This document shows, piece after piece, positions 28,799-36,489 of a stretch of DNA of 53,171 bases. The translations under genes and the position numbers were made by a program. The notes beneath the pieces were generated by a model. That model had not been told where the DNA came from. It saw only the letters and a program-made list of their open reading frames with translations, and made no database searches. Source of the DNA: Candidatus Yanofskybacteria bacterium RIFCSPHIGHO2_02_FULL_43_17 (GTDB lineage Bacteria > Patescibacteriota > Minisyncoccia > 2-02-FULL-40-12 > GWA2-44-9); the NCBI GenBank assembly GCA_001794435.1, contig MGJU01000014.1, positions 93,494 to 146,664 on the forward strand, read 5' to 3'. How positions within the stretch are numbered: the stretch's first letter is position 1; every line of letters begins with the position of its first letter.

Positions 28799-29341
28799 TT
28801 ATGGGCCTACTTTTAAATAGTAAGCATTTGCCTTAATTCTGAAATTCAAAACTATCTGTTGTCCCGGTATTGACGCTTGGCTTGCGCTTAACTCAAACAC
28901 GTCTATCAGTCTCAGGTTCTTTTCTATAAGGTCAAGAAATGCCGTCAGCGAAGGATAGCTACCCACTAATCCGAGTTCAATGAAAACAGTCTGTAATTCC
29001 TGCTCTTGATTGCCTGACTCCCCCATTGTTACTTCTATCAACTGCAATCCTGTTTGCTGAGTTATCGTCTCAACGGTTGATATTAGTTCGGCTGCGCTTT
29101 TGGCGTTGGGAACGACCGATGATATTCTGCTGACATCCGAAGACCTTTCTTGGTACTGCTTATTTAGGTCATCCACTTTTCTTAATATTTCTTCTCTTGA
29201 AGAAAGCAGGTCCCCTCTTTCCGTTATAGCGTCATTTAACATAGACGTTCTGTTCCATGCGGGCATTACGAATATCCAGAAGGCAATTATAGCCAGACCA
29301 ATCAAACCGACTCCAAGATAATTTTTATTTGCCGGGGTCAT
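28799..29341 (-). CDS. pilO: PilO
   Basis: TM plus coiled coil; GSYPSLTAFLDLIEKNLRLIDV. Confidence 0.85.
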   Translation of the reverse strand: MTPANKNYLGVGLIGLAIIAFWIFVMPAWNRTSMLNDAITERGDLLSSREEILRKVDDLNKQYQERSSDVSRISSVVPNAKSAAELISTVETITQQTGLQLIEVTMGESGNQEQELQTVFIELGLVGSYPSLTAFLDLIEKNLRLIDVFELSASQASIPGQQIVLNFRIKANAYYLKVGP

Positions 29342-29895
29342 TTGTTTTGAAGGAATTTACTTCTGTTGAAAGATATCTGCATAGTGAACTCAAGCCGACC
29401 GTTGGTAAGAATATTGACCTTGCTAAGATTAATATCCGTTATGGATTCATCCGATAGGAACGCGGCTATTTGTCTGGCGATGGTGGTGTAGTTTGCGGCC
29501 GTTGCTTTGAAGTCTATTTTGTTATCGGCCGCGGCAGCTATCAAGCTGTCAAATTGCACTTGGCTTTGAGTCAGACCCTCTATTTTGGAGAATGCGGTTG
29601 TCCAATAAGCATGCTTATTGAGCAGATTCGACAACATTGAAAGCTGTTTATTGAAAACAAGGATATTTTGTTCCGACTGCCTGTTCCTGTTTTGTTCAAG
29701 AGCTGCTAATTTTCCATCCAGAGACACCAGCTTATCTTCAAGATAATTGTTGTAGAAATACAAACTGCCCGCCAAAGCGGCCGATATTGCCAAAACAACG
29801 GCGCCGATAACCAGCAGCCGATTCTCTCCGGGAATTATTATTTCTATTTTCTTTCTTGTCTCGGGAAGAAGTTGTAATCCGCCCTCATTAGGCAT
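29338..29895 (-). CDS. pilN: PilN-like protein
   Basis: LQLLPE N-terminus, TM helix, position between pilM and pilO. Confidence 0.75.
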   Translation of the reverse strand: MPNEGGLQLLPETRKKIEIIIPGENRLLVIGAVVLAISAALAGSLYFYNNYLEDKLVSLDGKLAALEQNRNRQSEQNILVFNKQLSMLSNLLNKHAYWTTAFSKIEGLTQSQVQFDSLIAAAADNKIDFKATAANYTTIARQIAAFLSDESITDINLSKVNILTNGRLEFTMQISFNRSKFLQNK

Positions 29896-29937
29896 TGCTT
29901 TTATTATAGCTTTAATTTGAAGTGCTTGTTATCAACA

Positions 29938-31017
29938 CTAGATCTCTCTCATCGCCAAGCCGGTTGCTACGGCGAATGTGCTGGAAATTTCCTGTATGAC
30001 CGGAGACAGGGTTTGGGGGTATATGACTCGGGCGAGAGCATTGCCCATATAAACTTCTCGGCCGAGCTTTTGCTGAAAGTAACTAGCGAAGTTGGGCATA
30101 TTGGTCAATCCGCCGACAAGAAGCACTTTTGATATTTTCTGGTTCTTCGTTTCCTCGTAACTGGTTATCGTCTTTCGAGTCTCAAAAGCCATCATATCCA
30201 CCAACGATTTCATCGAGTTGTTTATAACGTTCTCATCTATTTCCTTTATGCCCAGTTTTTTCTTTAGCTCTTCTGCTTTTTCCAGGCTGACGTTAAGTGA
30301 TCGGGCTATTGATTTGGTTATCTCGAAACCACCAACCTCATAATTATGGCTTACTCTTTCATATCCCCCATTCACTATCACTATAGACGTACTTCTGCCC
30401 CCGATGTTGACTATGACGATCGGACTCAAATCGTTTCCAAGCAGAGCTCTTGTTAGTGCCGAATTTTCAAGTTCAAGGGCGCGAAGGTTAAGTCCTGCTC
30501 CTTGCATTATTCTCTGGTATCTCATTGTTTCGTCTCTCGGTACTGCCGCTAGGAATACTTCTACGGTAGTCGGCTTGGTTGTGTTAACAGGATTTTTTGG
30601 TATGTCTATGATAGACCAGTCGAGAACGACTTCATCTAGAGGGACGGGTATGTACTTGCGCGCTTCAAACGGTAGCGTCTTAGCAAGATCCTGTTCGGAT
30701 ATGTACGGCATTTCTATGACGGTGGCGAAAGTGGAAAAAGATGGAATGGAAGCCACAACGTCGGAGGATTTGATCTTCGCTTTTTTGAGGACCTCTTTTA
30801 TGCCCCAAATTATTTCTCCGTCGGGAAGTTTTAGGATGTTTTTAATCTGCTTTGATTCTGTTAGCGAAGGAGTGTTGTCGGCGCTTTTAAACTCAAAAAA
30901 CCCGTAGTTCTTCAGAATAAAACGGCCACTCTCTTTTTTGAGCTCGACTATTTTTATGGCCGAAGTGCCAATATCTATTCCCAACCTATCCTTTGACTTA
31001 AATAATCCAAATGGCAT
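29938..31017 (-). CDS. pilM: PilM (actin-like ATPase)
   Basis: LGIDIGTSAIKIVEL, EARKYIPVP, VNIGGRST and LVGGL motifs; start at MPFG. Confidence 0.92.
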   Translation of the reverse strand: MPFGLFKSKDRLGIDIGTSAIKIVELKKESGRFILKNYGFFEFKSADNTPSLTESKQIKNILKLPDGEIIWGIKEVLKKAKIKSSDVVASIPSFSTFATVIEMPYISEQDLAKTLPFEARKYIPVPLDEVVLDWSIIDIPKNPVNTTKPTTVEVFLAAVPRDETMRYQRIMQGAGLNLRALELENSALTRALLGNDLSPIVIVNIGGRSTSIVIVNGGYERVSHNYEVGGFEITKSIARSLNVSLEKAEELKKKLGIKEIDENVINNSMKSLVDMMAFETRKTITSYEETKNQKISKVLLVGGLTNMPNFASYFQQKLGREVYMGNALARVIYPQTLSPVIQEISSTFAVATGLAMREI

Positions 31018-31056
31018 ATACAAGATATAGTATATCACAAATAAACACACATAATT

Positions 31057-31857
31057 ATGCCTAATTATCCCCAGAGATTAGTAGGTTGGATTTTGGATAC
31101 GATATTTCCCAAAATATGTTTGGGATGCGGCAAGTTTACCCGCCTAAATTTTGCTTCGCAAAACTTAGGCGGGTTTACCGATAAAAAAGATTTTGATTAC
31201 GTGTGCAGGAAATGTTTCGGAGAAATTGATCTGAAAAACACTTTTGAGTGTATTGGATGCAAAAGACAAACTCAACTCGGCCTTACCTGCACGTTCTGCA
31301 AAAAAGACAATTATATTGACCAGCTTCTGATAGCAGCCGAATTGACGGATCCTTTAGTAGAAAAAATACTCAAGGCATACAAGTATAAATTTATATGCGA
31401 CATGGCCATGCCGTTGTCCATGATCGCCAAGAAATGCGTTAAGAGACTGCTGTCAAAGGGCTTTGTTCTTTTTGAGAGCAACCCCATTTTGGTCCCGGTG
31501 CCGTTGAGCGGCAGTCGTTTGAATTGGAGGGGTTTCAATCAAGCCCAGCTTTTGGCCAGATCATTGTCGGACGGGTTTCTGGCGTCCTGCGGCGAGGGCG
31601 TTCTGGCAAGGATAAATTGTTTCCGGCATCAGGCGGACATACAAGCAAAGGAAGACAGGATTAATAATGTAAAGGATAACTTTGCCGTAAAAGACAGCGA
31701 ATCAATAAGGGGCAGGACGGTAATTTTGGTTGACGATATTTGTACTACCGGCGCGACGCTTAACGAATGCGCGAGGGTCTTGAAGAATCCGCCAGCCGGC
31801 GGAGGAGCGAGAAGGGTTATCGGCTTTGTAATCGCGAGAGGACAATTTAAGAGATAG
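31057..31857 (+). CDS. comF: ComF/ComFC family competence protein (zinc ribbons plus phosphoribosyltransferase)
   Basis: FPKICLGCG, PVPL...RGFNQAQLLA and LVDDICTTGATL motifs. Confidence 0.9.
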   Translation: MPNYPQRLVGWILDTIFPKICLGCGKFTRLNFASQNLGGFTDKKDFDYVCRKCFGEIDLKNTFECIGCKRQTQLGLTCTFCKKDNYIDQLLIAAELTDPLVEKILKAYKYKFICDMAMPLSMIAKKCVKRLLSKGFVLFESNPILVPVPLSGSRLNWRGFNQAQLLARSLSDGFLASCGEGVLARINCFRHQADIQAKEDRINNVKDNFAVKDSESIRGRTVILVDDICTTGATLNECARVLKNPPAGGGARRVIGFVIARGQFKR

Positions 31858-31936
31858 GAATTAGGAAGTTAGGAAATAGATAACAAAAACAGAATCTGGA
31901 ATTAATATTGAAAACGTGGTAAAATTTGATGAATTT

Positions 31937-32187
31937 GGTGAGGTGCGGCGAATGGTAAGCCAGCAGTTTGTTCCCGATTTGTTCAAGAGCAAAGCGATTG
32001 ATCACAAATCGCAATCCCGTTGGAGGGGCGGAGACGTGGCTGAGTGGTCTAAAGCGGCACGGTGCTAACGTGTTGAGGGGGAAACTCCTCCGCAGGTTCG
32101 AATCCTGCCGTCTCCGCCCCTTTTGCGGGACTAAACTGTAACCGTCTAAAAAGCGGTTTGTGGGTTCGACCCCTACCCTCACCGCCA
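31937..32187 (+). ncRNA. Interrupted Ser-like class II tRNA scaffold; a 160-nt insert in its anticodon loop contains tRNA-Ser(GCT)
   Basis: 5' half 31937-31970 is GGTGAGG-TGC-GGC-GAATGGTAA-GCC-A-GCAGT-TTG. 3' half 32131-32187 is CTAA-ACTGT-AACCGTCTAAAAAGCGGTT-T-GTGGG-TTCGACC-CCTAC-CCTCACC-G-CCA. Confidence 0.8.
32030..32116 (+). tRNA. tRNA-Ser(GCT), nested
   Basis: Acceptor GGAGACG/CGTCTCC-G; anticodon arm GCACG-GT-GCT-AA-CGTGT; long V-arm GAGGGG-GAAA-CTCCTC; GGTTCGAATCC; no encoded CCA. Confidence 0.93.
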
Positions 32188-32475
32188 GTTGGAATTTTGC
32201 AAGAAAGAAGGGTCAAGCTCGCGGCGCGTCTCGCGCCGCTCGCATAGAATTTGAAAGGGATTTTTTGGCGAAAAGGAATGGTTCAATAAATTCACCACAA
32301 GAAGGATTTGAAGTGGGGGGACAAAAGCAAAGTCCCGCACCGAGCTTCGCTCTGGTGCGTGGGAAATTTCTCATCTTAATTTTTTCCAAGAAGCGGCAGT
32401 TTAGCCGCTTCCTTGACCTCTAGATAATTATGATGTAATATATCGTGTTAGAACCTGAACATTAAGGAGGCTCTT

Positions 32476-32700
32476 ATGTTTGACGTGTTGATGCACGTTT
32501 TCATGAACATCTGCGCATTGTTGATTCTTGTCTTCTATGTGCTGGCGGCTATCGCTCCGATTGCAGTATTTGCGTTCATATGGTACTGCTTTTGGATAGC
32601 GATGGGGGGACACGAACAGGACAACATCTGGACCGAAGATGTCCGGCGACAGAAGTTGGAACGAATACGACGATGGAATCTTGAGCGGAGGTTGTCATGA
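32476..32700 (+). CDS. Small membrane protein
   Basis: AAGGAGG SD, hydrophobic N-half, ATGA overlap with the next ORF. Confidence 0.6.
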   Translation: MFDVLMHVFMNICALLILVFYVLAAIAPIAVFAFIWYCFWIAMGGHEQDNIWTEDVRRQKLERIRRWNLERRLS

Positions 32701-33179
32701 ATATCATCGGTGACATTATGCTGACAGCAATTGCGGGTGTTTGTTTCCTGCCGTGTGTTATCGTTGCCTATCTCGGCTTCACTAAGCACAAGGATCAAGG
32801 CTTTTGGATCCTTTTACCACTCAGTTCGCTGATGGCTGTTGTTTCCGGGCTTTTCTTCGTCGCAGGTCTGGTTGACAGTACGATCGACTTGTTCAACTTC
32901 TATCGCGCAATAGACGAAAAAATCCTTAGATTCCACACGGTTACAGCTCTGGCAGTTGGACTCTTGGGATCATGGATCTTTTGGCGACATCGAAATGCGC
33001 AACTCCAGCGACGTAAATCCTGGGCATCTTCAGTGGCACGTGGACGTATTTCTAAATGTCCAAGGTGTTCAAGCACCAACTGTGGTGCGCTCCACAGTCT
33101 CATGCCGAGTTATGAGCATTACTCCTGCCCTGACTGCGGATACAACGATACCGTCTGGGTTGGGATAAATAGGATGTAA
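32697..33179 (+). CDS. Three-TM protein with C-terminal zinc ribbon
   Basis: GGAGG SD; CPRC...CPDC; terminator at about 33200-33240. Confidence 0.65.
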   Translation: MNIIGDIMLTAIAGVCFLPCVIVAYLGFTKHKDQGFWILLPLSSLMAVVSGLFFVAGLVDSTIDLFNFYRAIDEKILRFHTVTALAVGLLGSWIFWRHRNAQLQRRKSWASSVARGRISKCPRCSSTNCGALHSLMPSYEHYSCPDCGYNDTVWVGINRM

Positions 33180-33453
33180 AGCACGACATCACCTTGGTCG
33201 CCGTGGGTTCTGGACAACAGGACTCACGGCTTTTATTTTCTTAAATTTCAAAGAGCGAGAATTTGCCGCCAAAGAACCTGAAAACAAATCGGCTCGAATT
33301 ATATTTTGGAAGGGCAGAAGAAATTTTTTCATACTGATTTTTACCAATAGTCGGCAAACTTGCCGGCTATTGACTTTTGTGGTCTAAAATGCTAGGATAA
33401 TTGGCAATCTGGACATGGTGTTCAGTAGCAATCAAGCAGTTCCTTGAAAGGGG

Positions 33454-33843
33454 GTGAACATGAGCGAACGAGTACCATTCAAGCCGAAGCGTACATGTGA
33501 ATGTCACTTGACTCGTCAAGGCTATGCAGGAGTTATCCGCCATCGCTTCCCGTGTACACAGCAGGGGGTGGAATGGCTGGCGCAATCTGGCGACCCAATC
33601 ACCCCTGGCAAACGGTATCGGTGGATCAACGGAGATGACCAGTGGAGCCGTGACCGGGGCTATGAGGAAATCAATGCCGTTGCTGAGGTGACGCGCGTGA
33701 ATGAAGCCGGCATGGTCTTTGCCTACTGGCATCAGGATCGGCCACAATCGGATCAGTACGGCCGCGAGACCTGCATCCCCAATAGCGCGGTGGTAGAGCT
33801 CGTCGACCTGCCTGTGCGGGAGACAGAGAGCGCGACTGCGTAA
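33454..33843 (+). CDS. Hypothetical protein
   Basis: TTGACT-17-TAGGAT promoter, AAAGGGGG SD and downstream hairpin. Confidence 0.6.
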   Translation: MNMSERVPFKPKRTCECHLTRQGYAGVIRHRFPCTQQGVEWLAQSGDPITPGKRYRWINGDDQWSRDRGYEEINAVAEVTRVNEAGMVFAYWHQDRPQSDQYGRETCIPNSAVVELVDLPVRETESATA

Positions 33844-34092
33844 GCAACATCAAATCCAACCCATCGGTTGATCGGTCAGCCCACAAAGCTGGCCGTTTTT
33901 CTTTTCCATAATTCAAAGAGCGACCTGCATACGCAGGCAGGGAATCTGCAACCAATCTTTGATAGCTCAACTCAAGAAGCCAGTGAATTTTTCAATAATT
34001 AAAAATTGAAAAACTTGCAAAAGTCAGAGTTCTGTGGTATAATTATCATATAGTTCGTTTAGAGCCATTCCGGCTCAGAAAGGACCGACAAG

Positions 34093-34356
34093 ATGGATTT
34101 CTGGCAGGTTCACGGATCTCACGGATGGTTGTTCCTCATCCTCATCACCCTGTTCCCGCGGTTGACGATGCTGTTCGCCGTTACGGTGCCGTTCGGGTGG
34201 CTGGCGTGGTTGGGCTGGGGATTGTCCCCGTCCCTCCTCGTAGCCATCTTGGCGACTACCTACTACGGGGACACAAACCCAGGGTTGTGCGTCATCGCTT
34301 GGTTTTTCGTCTTCGCCAAAGGAATATTGGTGACTGCACTCTGTTCACGGAACTGA
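34093..34356 (+). CDS. Small membrane protein
   Basis: TTGCAA-17-TATAAT promoter, AAAGGA SD; MDFWQVHG...FPRLTMLF...YYGDTNP. Confidence 0.7.
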   Translation: MDFWQVHGSHGWLFLILITLFPRLTMLFAVTVPFGWLAWLGWGLSPSLLVAILATTYYGDTNPGLCVIAWFFVFAKGILVTALCSRN

Positions 34357-34465
34357 ACGTCGCCGCCGTCGGCTCGTCGTCACACAAGAGGTCGTCCATT
34401 GGACGCACTTCCCAGTGTGACGACTTTTTGTTTTAAAGACCTAAAAAAACTGATAAATTAACAAT

Positions 34466-35089
34466 ATGGCGGCACCGATAACTCATATTGTATTGGCAGA
34501 TAAGGTTTTTGATGAGTATTTCCCAAATCTTTCAAAAGATAAGTTTTTGGTTGGTACGAGCTTTCCAGATATAAGATATTTGAGGGTTATTAAAAGGGAG
34601 CAGACCCATCCAAAGAACATTACTTTATCTGACATTAAGTCGGTCGAGAGTTTCAATGGTGGATTATTATTTCACATATTGATAGATAGGGTGCGAGAAA
34701 ATTATATGCAGGAGAATGATATTTATTCTTTAATGCCAGCGTCAAAACTGATTACCCAAACTCTTAAACTGCTTGAAGATGAACTGTTTTATGACCGATT
34801 AGAAAATTGGGGCCTGGTAAGCTCATATTTTGACAATGTTTTAAGCGAAGAACTAGAATATCCAGTCAAAGAGAAGGATGTCCTGAAATGGCACAAATTA
34901 CTCCAGAGTTATTTATCTGAAAAGCCGACACTCGAAACAAGGAAAGATTTTTTTGAAGCAATTTATTTTACTGAAGAAAACGCAAAAGAAGTTGAGGATA
35001 ATTTAGCCATTATAAGAAGCAACCCAAAAGTATTAGAAATCGTAGGAAGTTTTTATAAAGATTTTGATAAACTGTTAAACAATGCTTAA
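34466..35089 (+). CDS. Zinc-dependent phospholipase C/S1-P1-like metallohydrolase
   Basis: N-terminal PITH, GTSFPDIRY, TH and GLLFHILID metal-ligand pattern. Confidence 0.6.
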   Translation: MAAPITHIVLADKVFDEYFPNLSKDKFLVGTSFPDIRYLRVIKREQTHPKNITLSDIKSVESFNGGLLFHILIDRVRENYMQENDIYSLMPASKLITQTLKLLEDELFYDRLENWGLVSSYFDNVLSEELEYPVKEKDVLKWHKLLQSYLSEKPTLETRKDFFEAIYFTEENAKEVEDNLAIIRSNPKVLEIVGSFYKDFDKLLNNA

Positions 35090-35174
35090 TAGAAAACTAA
35101 TTCTAATTTCAAGTTTTCCGGGAACAGGTAAAACTGCTACTGGCAATTTTCTTGCCGATAAATATGGCAATTGA
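35082..35174 (+). pseudogene. Truncated P-loop kinase fragment
   Basis: MLNRKLILISSFPGTGKTATGNFLADKYGN*; Walker A with the first G replaced by S, stop after 30 aa. Confidence 0.6.
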
Positions 35175-35195
35175 GTATCGAAAGATCCAGGCGTC

Positions 35196-35450
35196 TTATT
35201 TTATCTTGGGTAATTTTCTCAACAATCTCCCGACGCCGAACTTTTGAAACAATTTCTTCCCCATCATTCTTTCTACCCAATATCTAGTTTTCTTTCTGCC
35301 AAAAATCATAAACAGACCTACAAAAAAGAGCCACGAGCCCGGCGTAAGAGGTGTTAAGGCCGCAAACACTCCCAATAAAATCAGTAGGATAGCCAGACTA
35401 TTCCACAAACATCTGCCCAATTTATTATAAAAACGCCGATCCTTATTCAT
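35196..35450 (-). CDS. Small membrane protein (PGPGW-like)
   Basis: LILLGVFAALTPLTPGSWLFFVGL. Confidence 0.65.
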   Translation of the reverse strand: MNKDRRFYNKLGRCLWNSLAILLILLGVFAALTPLTPGSWLFFVGLFMIFGRKKTRYWVERMMGKKLFQKFGVGRLLRKLPKIK

Positions 35451-35458
35451 ATTTAATT

Positions 35459-35866
35459 TTAAATTTTGACCAAAACAAACATCAAAACAATTACTATCCC
35501 AGTTAACAGGTGCCACAAAGAATGCGAATAGCTAAAAATCCCATAGCGCCTTGTTTTAAAAAGAACATGGTCAGCCAGTCTAAATATTAGTAATACGAAA
35601 AGAAAAGAAAAAATGTATTTATCGAACCTGATCCTAAATAGATAATAAAGATATATCGCCAAGACCGTGCCGAACACCCAATCAAGAACTTTTAAACTAA
35701 AATTACGAAAATTATTGTGATATAGGATTGAAAAAATGGTTACAATAAAAAGCAGGATCGAAAAGTACGGGTTCTTGTTAAATACTACTAGCCCCGCAAA
35801 CAAGTAGATCAGTGAAGAGAGGCAAAGGAGGTGTGCGTTGTATCTATTTTTTAGTAATTTCAACAT
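35459..35866 (-). CDS. Multi-TM protein with conserved His residues
   Basis: SILYH...D...HSLWH pattern resembles CREST/hemolysin-III-like membrane hydrolases. Confidence 0.6.
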   Translation of the reverse strand: MLKLLKNRYNAHLLCLSSLIYLFAGLVVFNKNPYFSILLFIVTIFSILYHNNFRNFSLKVLDWVFGTVLAIYLYYLFRIRFDKYIFSFLFVLLIFRLADHVLFKTRRYGIFSYSHSLWHLLTGIVIVLMFVLVKI

Positions 35867-35869
35867 GTT

Positions 35870-36226
35870 TTAGTTGAGGAGAAGCACGATTTGCAAAACA
35901 ATCATACCTACCAAAAAACTTGTTGATGATATATCCACACAACGATTTGTAACAACTATGCCGAAAAACCTTTTCAAATTTATTGCCGTAAAATTTGCAC
36001 CAGACCGATTGAAGTTTTTATTTAATTTCCTTCTAAAATAAAATTCCCAGGGTGTAAGTATGCAGTACCCCAAAATTAGGTGTTGAACAAGAATAAGGCC
36101 AAGAAAAATTATGTAGCCCAATCTATAACTTGGAAATAGCCAGCCCAGATGGATTACGAGAAGGGCAAAAAAATGCAGATAGAATATTAATTTGGATAAA
36201 AAATAGAACAGCAATCTCCTAATCAT
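35870..36226 (-). CDS. DUF2784-like membrane protein
   Basis: LHF...GW...GYCILTPWEFYFR. Confidence 0.7.
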   Translation of the reverse strand: MIRRLLFYFLSKLIFYLHFFALLVIHLGWLFPSYRLGYIIFLGLILVQHLILGYCILTPWEFYFRRKLNKNFNRSGANFTAINLKRFFGIVVTNRCVDISSTSFLVGMIVLQIVLLLN

Positions 36227-36489
36227 GTTTGCTTAATTATACATTAGTTTATACCCGATACCCAGATCCACACATCTTCAATTCATCTCTGGTCAGATTC
36301 TCAATAAACCTCCATGGCGCTTGTATGTCAGAGGTACTTAACCTGAGGCCAGTCAGTTGGGAAATGTATGATTTTAAGCAAGGTCAATGTGACCGAAGAA
36401 GCCTAAAGATTTTCTCTCCAGGACTTAGGCCCAATATGGGCCTTTTTTCTTGTAAAAATTAAGTCGAAATGCTAAAATTCACAGGTTCT

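Noticed and set aside
31017-31057. Replication origin at the strand switch between pilM and comF
   Set aside because: The gap is only about 40 bp with no DnaA-box cluster; divergent promoters explain it
31971-32130. Group I or BHB-type intron explanation for the tRNA insert
   Set aside because: Only about 70 nt are not inner tRNA, too little for a group I catalytic core, and I saw no clear bulge-helix-bulge at the junctions. The mechanism is left open.
31847-32423. Track ORFs 31847-32182(-) and 32160-32423(+)
   Set aside because: They are shadows of the tRNA and palindrome sequences, with no SD or protein motifs
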